64,000 nucleotides of DNA from NCBI GenBank assembly GCA_022605425.2, contig JAKIMF020000001.1, positions 2,294,001 to 2,358,000 on the forward strand. Direction: 5' to 3'. The stretch comes from Hamiltosporidium tvaerminnensis FI-OER-3-3 (Eukaryota > Fungi > Microsporidia). A program made the position numbers and the translations under genes. Position 1 is the stretch's first letter; each line of letters opens with the position of its first letter. The notes below the pieces were generated by a model, which was not told the DNA's origin, did not search any database, and saw only the letters and a program-made list of their open reading frames with translations. Positions 47,656-60,174 of the stretch are shown piece after piece.

Positions 47656-48233
47656 TAAATTATTTTTCTATTATCTTTCTATTTCGTGTTTCACTAAATC
47701 TCATCTTAATATAATAAAATTTAAATTGTAAGAAATATTTTAAAAACTTCTTTGCACCGTTTATAAAATTTTCTAACCTTTTTTTCTTCAATTTTCTGCA
47801 TTTAAATCTCTTTTTTTGTAAAAATAATTTTTATTTTTTAGTGATAAACGCCAGTAACATTTTTATCCAGGAATTCTATCAATCGAAGATAAAAATTAAA
47901 TTTATTCTACTATTTTACTTATATAATAAGAAAAATATCTTTTTTTAGATAAAATCGAACGAAGATAAAAAAACAACGCTTTTTAACAAAAACAAGCTGT
48001 GGACTTGTAAATTTTCATGCGTTTTTTTTCTAAAAAATTTTATAAGAAGCCTACAATTTTATATTCTAACCTGAATTATAAATAAAATATTTATCGATTT
48101 AAACATTTTTACATTAAAAATCTTGCTTAATGCATTTGTGGAAGAAATTAGAAACTTTTTTTACTTTTGGTTTGAAAAAATGAATTATTTGATTTTTTAT
48201 TGTAAAACAAAAAAAATATTTAAGATCCCTAAA

Positions 48234-49595
48234 ATGATAGAATATTTTTGTGTTTATACAAAGAAAGGAATTTTACGGTATCAAAAAGGAGAAAAACCCG
48301 GATATTTGGACGAAATAATTTTAAGAGTTGGTATTTCACCAATTCAAAAGACACTATCAGTACGGGGCAAAAATATAACAGTGGAATCACGCGGATCCGA
48401 TTTTTTTCTTATAATTGATTCAAAACAAACATTTGATAGTTTTGAAATTTTAATAGAAAAATTTTATTGCAATTTTGAAGACTTTGATAAAAATTTTGAT
48501 GAAATTATTAAATCTTTGTATTACGAAAGAAGCAAAGAAGATAAACAATCATCATTAAATAAAATAAAACAATCAAAAGTTAGAAGATGGTCAGAAGAAA
48601 ATTTAGATGCTGCTATTTTAGACTATTCTTCTGAAAAAAGCATTCCAACTTATTCTGAATCAAAATTAAATACAATAACTAAGAAATTTGATTTTCCAAG
48701 AAAATTTAGTCTTTTTAGCAAAAAAATAAAAATTGAAGAATTAAAAGAAAAATTGAGCACTCATTTGGTGGATAAAAATGTTTCTTTAGAAATATCTCAA
48801 AAAATCGTAAAAAATGTATATACTGAATTGAAACAGGATGGCTTGGAATATGTGGATCAGCATGTTTTTAAAGAAAAAATTGGGAAGATTCTTTCAAATA
48901 TGATTTCACAGATCAACCACGAAGAATTATTAGAAAATATAAGAAAATGCAATCAAAAAGGCAAAATATTTTCTATCTGCTTTGTTGGGGTGAATGGCGT
49001 GGGTAAATCTACTTCTCTTGCGAAAATTTGCTGTTGGTTACTTCAAAATAATTTTAAAGTTTATATTGCTGCATGTGATACATTCAGAGCAGGAGCAATT
49101 GAACAATTAAAAGTTCACGTTCAAAGATTTAAATCTGCAGGTTATGAGGTAGGATTATATGAGAAAGGATATAACAAATCTGATGCTACCGTAGCAAAAA
49201 ATGCAATTATTATGGCAAAAAGTGAAAATTATGATGTCATTTTGATTGATACAGCTGGTAGAATGCACAATAAAAAAGAATTAATGATTTCTCTTTCTAA
49301 ACTTATAAAAACAAATAACCCAGAACATCTTATATTTGTAGGTGAAGCTCTTGTTGGAAGTGATAGTCTTGAACATCTCAGAGAATTTAATAGAGCAGTC
49401 GGAGAAGGAATAACGGATAAAAGACTTGACAGTATACTTTTAACTAAAATGGATACTGTTGATGATAAAATAGGCCAAATAGTAAATATGACAGTTGCTG
49501 GAAATTGTCCAATTTTATTTTTAGGAACTGGACAGACAAATATGGATCTCACTAAAATTGATATAAAAACAGTTGTTGATAGTTTAATGTCATAA
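48234..49595 (+). CDS. SRP101: Signal recognition particle receptor alpha subunit
   Basis: GVNGVGKST, ACDTFRAGAIEQL, DTAGR, FVGEALVG, TKMDTVDDK and GTGQ. Likely ATG is 48234 (CCCTAAAATG). Confidence 0.93.
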   Translation: MIEYFCVYTKKGILRYQKGEKPGYLDEIILRVGISPIQKTLSVRGKNITVESRGSDFFLIIDSKQTFDSFEILIEKFYCNFEDFDKNFDEIIKSLYYERSKEDKQSSLNKIKQSKVRRWSEENLDAAILDYSSEKSIPTYSESKLNTITKKFDFPRKFSLFSKKIKIEELKEKLSTHLVDKNVSLEISQKIVKNVYTELKQDGLEYVDQHVFKEKIGKILSNMISQINHEELLENIRKCNQKGKIFSICFVGVNGVGKSTSLAKICCWLLQNNFKVYIAACDTFRAGAIEQLKVHVQRFKSAGYEVGLYEKGYNKSDATVAKNAIIMAKSENYDVILIDTAGRMHNKKELMISLSKLIKTNNPEHLIFVGEALVGSDSLEHLREFNRAVGEGITDKRLDSILLTKMDTVDDKIGQIVNMTVAGNCPILFLGTGQTNMDLTKIDIKTVVDSLMS

Positions 49596-49722
49596 ATATT
49601 TATTTGAAAGAATTTGATATTTTTTTTCAGAATCTTTTTAGTTAAATAATAACTACAATATATTCATTAAACTTATCTTAAACTCATTTTAATTTTTTTT
49701 TAAAATTGTCTAAAATTATTCA

Positions 49723-50430
49723 GGTGGTGGAAGAATAACCACAGAAAAAACCTTCTGCTTGGCAATGAGTGTGTGAAACTAGTGTGAAATCATTATTGGA
49801 GTTTTTAATGATATAAAAACCATGCTACATTTATTGTTGATCTATGGGAATTTTATAAGTGAAGAAGGCCTAAAAGAAGATGAAAAATATAAAGGCTCTT
49901 TTAGTTTTTATGTAACATGATTGAGACCACATCTGAACTTATGGATAATAGCATGCAAAAAGATGAAAACCTAGTCTTGTTTTTTAATTGAATAGATTAT
50001 GTACCTGTGAGATGCAAAAAAATACCCTTGAAAAGACAATAATTATAACTAGAAGATTATACATGTTGGTATTGAATTGCAATTATAGATGTATTACTTT
50101 TAAGCCGTCAAGATTTTTTTTAGCCGGGGTCTATTTCTTTAAGAAATGTAAAATGCATAAGAATGTTGCTCGGCTTAGCGGAGTTTAAGGTGCTTTTAGA
50201 CTCGCAATCACACTTTAGGCACATGTATTAACAAACCCAGGTAACCAATTCTCTTATCGAATAGGTTCTATTTAAATTTTGAGCAGATCTCTAGAATGTA
50301 GGTATTTTTAGGGGTACCAGTGGAATATTTAAGTACAATACTCATAATTAGCTTAGAACCGCATTTATGACATGAAAATAGTATACATTAGGTCAAAGTA
50401 AAGAAGGAATGTATTTTTAAAGTAAAAGGT
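49723..50430 (+). mobile_element. Structured SINE-like retroposon, copy E (old, full length)
   Basis: Starts GGTGGTGGAAGAATAACCACAGAAAAAACCTTCTGCTTGGCAATGAGTGTGTGAAACT, the family 5' end. Downstream landmarks TTTTATGTAAC, TAGGTTCTA, GGGGTACC and CATGAAAA appear in order. Confidence 0.75.
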
Positions 50431-50459
50431 AACAACTTTTTTTTCAAATATATTTATTA

Positions 50460-53240
50460 ATTTTTAATTGATCTTATTTTTGCCTTATTTAAACGATGGA
50501 TTTGGAATAATATTATTCTTAAATCCAGTTTCATTTTTATAATGCAGGCTTTAAGTACTTCAATTTCTTTGTAAAATGAATATTCAAAGGTATTTATTCG
50601 GGTTATTTTTGATATTTTCATAGATTTAATTGCCATAAAATAAACTATTTCTCAACGAATTTTATCGAGCTTTTAGACTTTATTGCTATTACATGATATT
50701 TAACAGATATTACTTTGTTTTCGAGTACTTTTATAGAACATTTGCTTGCAATTTTAAAAGTATTCGATATTTTTCGATGTTCTTATGATTTTGATGCCGT
50801 GACGAAATACTATATATCGTTTTAAAAAAAAATATCTCTAAAGTATATTTAATATTAAAATATGTACACTTGTTATTTTTAAGGTTTTTAGTTCGGTATT
50901 TGATTATACTTTAGTTCTGTTCTATTTTTTTATATTGAAACTTTATTTTCGGCCGTAACAAATATGAAGTTCAAAATAAGTTTTTCGCATATTATCTTGC
51001 AATTTTAGCCATATTTTTTGCGTATACGTTTCAAAAATATACTATATTTCTCAATCGTGATTCTTTTTATATAATACTCAGATTCTTATTGCAAGTCTAA
51101 GTACAATTTAGCATGCAGAAATTCCTTTTTACAATTTGAAAAATTTTTCTAATAGTTTTTAAAAAACTCTATGCTAAAAATGGGCTTCTAGAGTGAAATT
51201 AGGTAATGAGACTACAAAATCATTCATTTTTTTAAGAAAAATACTTTTCCGTATTTTACAACGAGAACAAATTCAATACAAAAATGAATCATATCATATT
51301 TTAAGCAAGTCATGCTTGTCAATTTTTTTCTTCCATGCATTTTTAGTCGAGTCTGGATAACTAATTACAACTTTGATAAATGATATTTCAATTGATCTCT
51401 TTATCTAAAATGAAAATATCGAGTCTATTCATTTAAATTTGACATCGGTAATATTGAGATGTTAGATTTTATAATAAAAAATCGATTTCAAAGAGTTTTT
51501 TATATAAATCGTTATCATTCTTTTCGTATAAAACAGTTTTATTTATTAAAAAATAATGCTGCAGCCAAAACAATTCAATTTACGTCTATATACTTGCAAT
51601 TTTATTTTATACTAAATAGCGAAATAGTCACCGAATTTTCTAGATGGTCTAAAATTTTTACATTCCTCTTCTGCCTCCCAAAAAATTAAATCGCAATTTT
51701 CTATATGTGAATTATCTTCTTTTTTATATTTTAGTCTATTCTTATAAAGTATCCTATCACCGGCACATTATATTATTTTAAATAACCTCGAAAATAACTT
51801 ATGTTTTCTATCATGTTCAATATAAGTGCGAATCAACTTTTTCATTTTTCATAATTTTTATGAAGATTTTAACTACATTTAACTTAAATGAATATTCACA
51901 AAACAAATTGAAATTTATCATCACTTTCTACCTACAAAAATTTTAAAAATAAATTTCTTTTTTCTTAAAATTTGATGTTTATTTGAAATTATACTTACTT
52001 AATTATTTCAGTCATCTTTTACTTCTCAGTATCGATGAAGAACAATTAGAAGTTTTCTATTTGTTTCATTTAATCTGTTTTGACTCGAAATTATAGGGAA
52101 TCGATCTAGAGATTCGGTTTAAATTATATCCCACCAAAATTTGAATTATGATTTTTACACTCTCAGTGCAATCAGATGGTTAAAATCTGGTTTATTATCA
52201 CTCGACCATATTAGAAATTATACAATTGCTATTTTTTCTAGAAAAATATCGATTTGTAAAAGATCGCATTATAAGTTATATGGATGAATTTTCTTCGAAA
52301 ACAAGGTCTGGCTTTTAAAAATGTGGTTATATATAGACAAGTCGGTCTATAATAAGTTATTTGTGAAGAGATGGCTAATTAAAAATACATTTAAACGAAT
52401 CTATTTAATTATGTTGTGTTTTTTGTAATAGTATCTCTACTGGATTATAAAACCGAGAAGACTAATGGTCTCGTTCAAAGTATACCTAGGTAGTTTTCTA
52501 TAGATACCAGCGAGTTAAAATATAGACTTCTAAAATTATACAATAAACAGTAGCAGTTTTTTCTTGATTTCTTTTATGTGCATCACGGCAAATTAATCTA
52601 ATATCACCCACTCTCTTTGGTTGTTTTTAAACAAATGTAGCTCCAAAAGTAAAGAAAAATTTTCAAATCTACATATATTCGTCTTCAATTATTCGATTCA
52701 TCTATAGAATATTATCAATATGTTAGATTTAACATCATCAGGTATCGAATCAAGAGCTAATAAATCTTTGCAAGAAGCTGCAAATCACTAAGTCTCGGAA
52801 AATGACCGATAATATGACAATGTGTGTGTAATAATTCCGTCACAAATATGAATTGTCCTTTTCAATTTATCCTGAATACTTACAAAGCTAATATGCATTT
52901 TGAGAGATGAAAGCCAATCTTTTTACCAAATTATACTTTAATTTTTTTATGATTTTCTTGTTTTACTGATATATCAATTTTCCATTTAAATATAGTAGAC
53001 TAGTAATACTAAGTATTGTTTAGAAAAATTCAGGTGTTCTATACATTTTATCAAAAAGACATAAATATATAATCATGGGCTCTTTTGACATTAATTTTAG
53101 GGCTTTTAAAATTTTCCAAGCTCTTTATTGATGCAAAGTTAAACAATAAACGGTTTTAGCTTCTTGTAGTTTCTCGGCTTATACAATGTATTTTTTTAAA
53201 AATTATTCTGCTGTTTAGTTTGGATTATAATAAAATATTT
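50460..53240 (-). pseudogene. Possible decayed LRR-like family gene
   Basis: Minus-strand fragments such as FEYSFYKEIEVLKACIIKMKLDLRIILFQIHRL read like coding sequence, but there are many stops. Confidence 0.3.
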
Positions 53241-53457
53241 TTAGAATTATTTTCAAATTTTATATTTCCTATTTAGAATATAATTTCAAATTAATTATTT
53301 AAATATATTTTTGACAGATATTAGAAGAAATTGAAAAATATGTAAAAAAACTCATCATTTTAAAGATTTCAATATAATAAAAAATAAAATGAAATTCGAA
53401 ATAGACTCATTTAATATTATTCGTTTTTATAGATATTAAAAAGATTTTCTATTTAAT

Positions 53458-54345
53458 TTATTCATAGATTGGAGGTATTCCCTCAAGAAACTTACATTTT
53501 AAAGCTTCTTTGGCTGTTATTCTCTTAATTGGATGATAAACCAACATTTTTAAAAGTAAATCAATAAAATCATCTATCGCAGGCACAAGTTCTTCGAAAG
53601 GCACGCCTTCCCAATTAGGAAATTCAGCCTGAAAATTTTTAAATCGTGTCACATTAGGCCATACGGAATCATTCGGGGTACCAAATACTCTAAAAATTTT
53701 ATATAATTGATCAATTTCACAATCACCCGGAAAAAGTGGTTTCAAAAGAAACATTTCGGCTATAATACATCCCATACTCCATATATCCACAGTAAAAGAA
53801 TAATGCTTACAGCCAAGTAATAATTCTGGCGATCTGTACCAAAGTGTTACAATATCATGTGTATATGTTCGTAAAGGTATTCCTGCAATTCTTCCAAGTC
53901 CAAAATCTGCCAATTTTAAATTTCCATTTTTATCAACCAAAATATTTTGTGGCTTCAAATCTCTATGTAGAACACCTCGTGAATGACAGAAATGCACAGA
54001 TGTAATCAGTTGTTGAACACACTTTTTCAATTGGGCATCAGATAAAGTTTTATTTTGAGATCCAATCATGTCTAAATATTTTCTTAAATCTAGATCTAAA
54101 TACTCAAAAACCAAATATAATCGACTGTTTGTATAAATAACATCAAGGAGTGTAATTATAGTCGAATGTTTTAATGTCTTTAATATAGATATTTCTCGAA
54201 TCGTTGTAGATGGAACACCATCATTTTCATTTTCAAATCTTATTTTCTTAAGAGCTACTATTTCTCCTGTATTTTTATCTTTTGCTTTATATACAACACC
54301 ATATGTCCCTTCACCAATCTTTTCTATTTTTTGATAATCTACCAT
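53458..54345 (-). CDS. CDK1: Cyclin-dependent kinase 1 (Cdc2/Cdc28)
   Basis: GEGTYGVVYK, PSTTIRE, HRDLKPQN, DFGLGR, YTHDIVTLWYR and GDCEIDQ. Likely ATG is 54345. Confidence 0.95.
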   Translation of the reverse strand: MVDYQKIEKIGEGTYGVVYKAKDKNTGEIVALKKIRFENENDGVPSTTIREISILKTLKHSTIITLLDVIYTNSRLYLVFEYLDLDLRKYLDMIGSQNKTLSDAQLKKCVQQLITSVHFCHSRGVLHRDLKPQNILVDKNGNLKLADFGLGRIAGIPLRTYTHDIVTLWYRSPELLLGCKHYSFTVDIWSMGCIIAEMFLLKPLFPGDCEIDQLYKIFRVFGTPNDSVWPNVTRFKNFQAEFPNWEGVPFEELVPAIDDFIDLLLKMLVYHPIKRITAKEALKCKFLEGIPPIYE

Positions 54346-54719
54346 ATTTTTTAAGGACAATAACTTTTAAATATTTATTGCGTTAACTAAAATAAATTAT
54401 AACGGAAATGATTTTCTATTTCCAAATATTTAACAGTTGTTTTACAGTGTTATTTACGAAATAATATTTACAAACCAAAGAGAATAATTATTAAAATATG
54501 TTTTACATACTATACATCATTCCAAGTCTTGACATAAATTATAAGATATTTAGAAAGAAATATACATTTATTTATTTTTTTTAAAATTTAATTTTGTGTT
54601 TCATATTTATTTAAGTTTTTTTATCTTTAAAAGAAATTGTAATTTATTTAATTTAGAATAGAAAATTGAAAAATACTTGTTTCATTATAATTTATCTGAA
54701 TATTGGCACAGGAAAAAGA

Positions 54720-55459
54720 TATAAAGAAATACTTTATTTAAAAGTATCACATCTTTTTAAAACAGTGGCAAGTGTTATATTTGTTTTCATGACATTAACG
54801 CAGTTCTAGGTTTAACATAAATAACTGCTACCCCAACACTCCATCGGTAACCCCTGCGATACCTACGTCCCAAAGCCTTTCATCTACCAGGTGTGTAGAA
54901 CCTAAATAATAGGCGAGGCAGTTGCCCGGAGTTCGTTAATGTCCGTTGCATGGAGTGTGATCGAAGGCCGAAGCCCCCCCTGGGCTCCCCCAAGACTTTG
55001 CAGCATTCCCACTTACTCTACACTTTCTGAACCCAATAAACTTCTAGCTAAGATATATTTCAGAGATTTACATGGGGTCCACCTAGACAGTGCAATGTCA
55101 TACCAACAGGTATAACCTGCTACTCAGCTCTCCCGGCTTTTAATGGTTTTTATTTTTATATATCCCAGGCGCTAAGTCTTCTAACCCGAGTGAGCAAGGC
55201 TAGGTTTCCATGCTTTTACATGGCAATTACCTACATGTTCAGCTGCGGTCTGCAATCTGGTTACATAAAAAACTACAAATAAATTTGTAGAAAAAGTTTC
55301 TCCATTTCTTAGACCTCTCCTCTTCATAACAACTCCCATGGAACAACCGAAGATGTAGTGTGGTTGTATTCCCACCAAAAATCCAAACAATGACCTCACA
55401 CCAGTTTCACACACTCATTGCCAAGCAGAAAGTTTTTTATGTGGTTATCCTCCCTCCAC
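54720..55459 (-). mobile_element. Structured SINE-like retroposon, copy F (best-preserved, full length, 740 bp)
   Basis: Perfect 13-bp TSD CACAGGAAAAAGA at 54707-54719 and 55460-55472. Confidence 0.92.
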
Positions 55460-55992
55460 CACAGGAAAAAGAAACTACTTAAATTAAAATAATTATAAAT
55501 CATTAATAAGTTCTTACCATACAAAAATATGAGTAAAGTCTAAAATATAAACAATAGCACGAAGTAAATAATCTATCATTAAACAAAACAATATATTGAT
55601 ATTAAGAAATTTTTTATGATGCAAATCGCCAGCAGAATTATATTTAAATCAAAAGATTTTTGAATCAATAAAAAATAATATTCAATAATCCGAAGAATAC
55701 CTACCAAAATTTAAATTTACAATCTAATAACGTAATTATACATTAAATTATATGTGAAATAGACATTCAATACTATTTATAATACCTTAAGGAAAGATCT
55801 ACAATATAGTGATCTATGAATGAATTAAATATATTATCAATAGATATTTATACATATCTTTACATTCATTTTCTGAATTTAAATAATCGTACGAAAAAAA
55901 TAATTAAGAATCAATTAATATAAAATATTTAATTAAAGAACAATCTCATACTATTATAAATCAAAATAATAAAAATTTCATCAGCCAAAGTT

Positions 55993-56414
55993 TTATTTAT
56001 TTTCTTGTTCTTTAGTATTATTTTCATTAAGTTCTGGTTTCTTAATTTCTTTTTCAATTACTTTATACATCATTTTTTTCAGTGAATGATAGTAATGATA
56101 ATATATATCTAAATTGGGTACAGTGCCTTTCGTACTGCTAATACCTTCTGTTAGTATAGCATTACCTACACATGTAACGTTTTTAGCCAGATAACCTCTT
56201 GGTCCTTTAATTAAATCATACTCTAGTACTTCATTTGGTATCAAATAAACAACAACTCCTGGTTCAGTAGATATCGAAGAAAAATGAAAAAATACTAAAA
56301 TTAGAAAAAATACTTACCATCTTCATCTATAGACTGATCTTCTGGTATTAAAAACCCATATCCGCGTTTATAACTAAAAAATTTGACTATTCCTTTCTGT
56401 CTTTTTTTTTCCAT
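55993..56414 (-). CDS. Cold-shock-domain protein, 132 aa, two exons (56414-56318 and 56294-55993)
   Basis: The spliced product is MEKKRQKGIVKFFSYKRGYGFLIPEDQSIDEDVFFHFSSI...LIPNEVLEYDLIKGPRGYLAKNVT, with RNP1 (KRGYGFL) and RNP2 (VFFHF). Exon lengths 97+302 = 399 nt are in frame. Confidence 0.9.
56295..56317 (-). other. 23-nt spliceosomal intron
   Basis: GTAAGTATTTTTTCTAATTTTAG contains a 5' site GTAAGT, a branch CTAA and a 3' TAG. Its removal restores the DVFFH motif. Confidence 0.9.
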
Positions 56415-56448
56415 CTAAAAACTCAACACTTTCTTTTTTATAAAATGT

Positions 56449-56750
56449 ATTTACGATTAATATGTTAAATGATGACAAAAGAAATGTTTTGTCTGGAACA
56501 AAATATTAGTCTTTTCGAATTAATTTATATTTACGATTAATATGTTTAATGGTATAAAAAAATATACCGATGTATAAAAAAATATAATTTTAAATACATA
56601 AGTTTCATTTACGGCGAATATTTTTAATAATCTAAACTAAGCATTTTTGCTTAAAGAATTTAAATTTAAATAAATCTGCTTTTGACGCCGAATATGTTTG
56701 ATGATGTAAAAAAATTCTTTGTCTGGAACAAAATAAAATTCTTTTGATAT
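56449..56750. repeat. Dispersed direct repeats upstream of the CSD gene
   Basis: ATTTACGATTAATATGTT x2 and TTTGTCTGGAACAAAATA x2. Confidence 0.7.
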
Positions 56751-57647
56751 ATTTTAGACAAATTATTAATTAAAAAACAAATAAATTATCTTTTATCATA
56801 TATTTAATCTATTTTATCATTTAAATGCTATCTATAAATGCACTAAATATTCACTAGTACTCTACATTTGTTGTCTTATTCATATAGATTTTTATACATT
56901 TAAGTTAACTCATACAGTCATTTTATGTCTCATTGGTAATCAAAGTATAATTATAACCTGCATTTTTGGTAGCAAGATATCGAATAGAAATAATTTTAAG
57001 ACTATGATTCTAAATTTTTAGTTTTTTTAATCCTAGACTTCAACTCTGGTATTTTTTACTGTGGAAAATAGTACATTCATGGTTTCTTTATAATTTTTAT
57101 GTACGGTTTTACTTTAAATTTTAAATCGATGTTGGATTTTTACTAACTTTTTTTGCTTCACAATTCTAAGTTTTTTTAAGCCATTTAACACTTCTATGGT
57201 TATATACGCCACGAGTGAATTAAAGTTTTTTCCTTTATTGTTGATCTAAGGCTTTTAGACATCTTCATTTGTTTATTAAGCCTGTCAATCGCAAGCAAGC
57301 TTTTTTTCTGAATAATAACATGTGTAGCAACATTAAGATGAACCCGCCCTCCGGTTTAAAGTTTTCTATCTTGATTTCTAGACTATTTAAACTTTCTACA
57401 TGTTTACACTTTTCATGCTCATTCATGATTACGTTTTATACTATTAGTGTATTTTTGTATGTTTTAGTGTTAAAACCAACCACATATTTGAATGTTTTTT
57501 TTAGAAGCGTTTTATTATGGCCAAAATGCTTTTTCTAATCTAAATAACCAGATTTAACATTCGTTTATTCTTTACAGCCAATGCATACATAATTTTCTAT
57601 TGGTTCATAGAAATCTATGAGGTAAAACTTCTAATTTTTAATAATCA

Positions 57648-58373
57648 CTAACTTTATAAGGTATCACATCTTTTCTAAAAAGTAGCCTGTGAAATATTTG
57701 TTTTCATGGCATCAACGCAGTTCTGGGTCAACGAAATAACTGCTACCCCAAAAACTTCATCAGTATCCCTTGCGATACCAACATCTCAGATCCTTTCATC
57801 TATTAGGTGTTTAGAACCTAATTAATAAGCGAGGCAGTTGCCCGGTGTTTCTTAAGGTCTTTTGCATGGAGTTTCATCAAACCAGGAGTCCCATTGGGCT
57901 CCACCAAGACTATGCAGAATTCACATTTACTCTACACTTTCTGAGCCCAATAAACTTCTAGCTAAGATATATTTCAGAGACTTACATGAAATCCACCTAG
58001 ACTGTGCAATGCTATACCAACAGGTATAACCTGCTACTTAGCTTTCCGGCTTTTAATGTGTTTTATTTTTACATCTCCCCGGCGCTAAGTCTTCTAAATC
58101 GAGTAAGCAAGGGTAGGTTTCCATGCTTTTACATGGCAATTACCGACATATTCAGATGCGGCCTTTGATTCGGTTGCATAAGAACTTCAAATAAACTTGT
58201 AGAAAAAGTTTCGCCGTTTCGTAAATCTTCTCCTCTGCATACAAACTCCCATTGAAAACCGAAGATGTAGTGTGGTTTTATTCCCACCAAAAATCCAAAC
58301 AATGACCTCACACCAGTTTCACACACTCATTGCCAAGCAGAAAGTTTTTTATGTGGTTATCTTCCCTCCATCA
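57648..58373 (-). mobile_element. Structured SINE-like retroposon, copy G (full length, variant subfamily)
   Basis: Collinear with copy F. 11-bp TSD TTTAATAATCA at 57637-57647 and 58374-58384. Confidence 0.88.
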
Positions 58374-60174
58374 TTTAATAATCATATAATTGCAGGTTTT
58401 TAAAAACGTATTTCTTTCTATAACATGTAAATAACATTTTATATTTATTAAACAAAAATTTTACGGTATTTTACCGTATTTTTAAACGGACACAATATTT
58501 GTATTTTTATTCTGGAACAAATACAATGTCATATTCTTTCTGTAAATTTGATCACTAATTTTCGATTTTGATTGCCAAATCCTTTTTTGTCTAAAGTTAA
58601 TATAAATTGGGCAATTTACATACTAATATCCCTAAAATATGTGAATTTAAAAAAATTTATTCGACTATAAAGTTTATTTGGCCAAGAAATAAAATATTTG
58701 GCTCAACTTAAACATTTATATGTTTTCCATGGTATTTTTGTGTATTTTCGAATATTTTAGGGATTTTTTACAGAACAATGTAGAAATTTTAGTCTCCAAA
58801 GTATATTTTCCTACTTGATAAAGCAAGCAGCTGCTTCGGTTGTTTTTCGATTCTCCATCAGTCATCATAAGAATTAGAATAACATATAAATGGCTTGTTT
58901 ATAGGCTTTTTAACATCGAATATGGTTTAAAGTTTTTCGTAAAAAAACTACTAATTGAACCTTTACATGGTGTTTTTTATACAGTTATCTAGTCTATATT
59001 CAAATAATTTTCCACCATGGCAGGAGCAGAATTTTCTTGGAGTATTCCCGAATTGTCTAAGAGGCGACTAAAAGAAACTGGTCCTCCAGGTTGGGTAGGG
59101 CTAAAAACTCACTATTTAAAACCACTTTGTTACGAAACCCAAAAAGGTAAACGAACCGACTGGAAAGAAAAGGTGGGCGGTATTATTGAGGGAGACTAAG
59201 CTCGTTCAAATCTTTAGTGGCGAATATGAATGAATACTCAAATCATATTAAAGCTATCTCAACAAAATGTTTAATAGTATTTCAACTTTTAGAATTCTTG
59301 TATTTTGGATTTAAATTACATTATTTTCTTCTAAATAATCCAAGAGTTGCAAAAGAGTATTTTCGCTTCATCATTCAGGGTTTTAAAAGATCTTTTTATC
59401 TCCGATATAAGTATACAATGACATTTCTTAAATAAATTATATTTCATTACAAACAATAACAGCTGGAAAAATTTAATTTAGCCGTTCATTCCATTTACAA
59501 TTTCCCTTTTTTTTCAATCTAAAAAGAACTTATCCCGAGGCCATCAATCTAATTATACTTATCCTAGGTTATATTAAATTTATGTTTTAAGATTTTTTTT
59601 AAATCGTTCTAAGACTAGAGTTTCACAAGAAGCACAAGGGTATTTTACTTAATTAAATTTGCGTTCTTTATCACTATCTTCTTCGAAATTTAATAAAACA
59701 TTCTGATAAAAAGATATCTTTATTTAAAACTTAGATATATTTATACGTGACCAATAGAATTTCTTATCATGTTTTATCCTATCTATCAAGTTTAGATAAG
59801 TTGATGTAAATCGCATCAAGAAGTAATTGGGCAATCGAAGAACCAATTATTCAGCTTTGATATATTCATTCGCAATAAAATTCGTACATTTTTTTGTTGT
59901 TTCGTGACTTTACTTAGAAATTTATTATTTCTGTAGGTTTGGGTTTTCAACGTAAGACAAACTTTTATGCCTTTTATTTTTAAAAAATATTTTATAAAAA
60001 AAATATTAATTTAGGATATATTAGTATCGTATTTATCAAAAATTATGAATTTACGATTATTTTCAGTTTTTTTAGTTATCAATTAATTTTCTAATACTTT
60101 TAAAAATTAGTTAAAACTATTTTAAAAAAAACTAAGCAAATGAACATAAAAACCCGCTTTTTAACCACCCTTTA

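Noticed and set aside
48123-48233. N-terminal extensions from TTG starts in the ORF track (also DOM34, PMS1, CDK1)
   Set aside because: Eukaryotic genes, where downstream ATGs with CCC-like motifs coincide with the start of homology.
55181-55414. 77-aa ORF (MCETGVRSL...) recurring in the repeat copies, also 33802-34011 and 58129-58326
   Set aside because: Non-ATG start, frameshifted in copy G, and the nearest upstream ATG gives ATG AGT GTG TGA. The recurrence reflects the repeat, not protein conservation.
54700-55480. Repeat family as a solo LTR or MITE
   Set aside because: No TG...CA ends or TIRs, and TSDs are 8-13 bp and variable rather than a fixed 4-6 bp.
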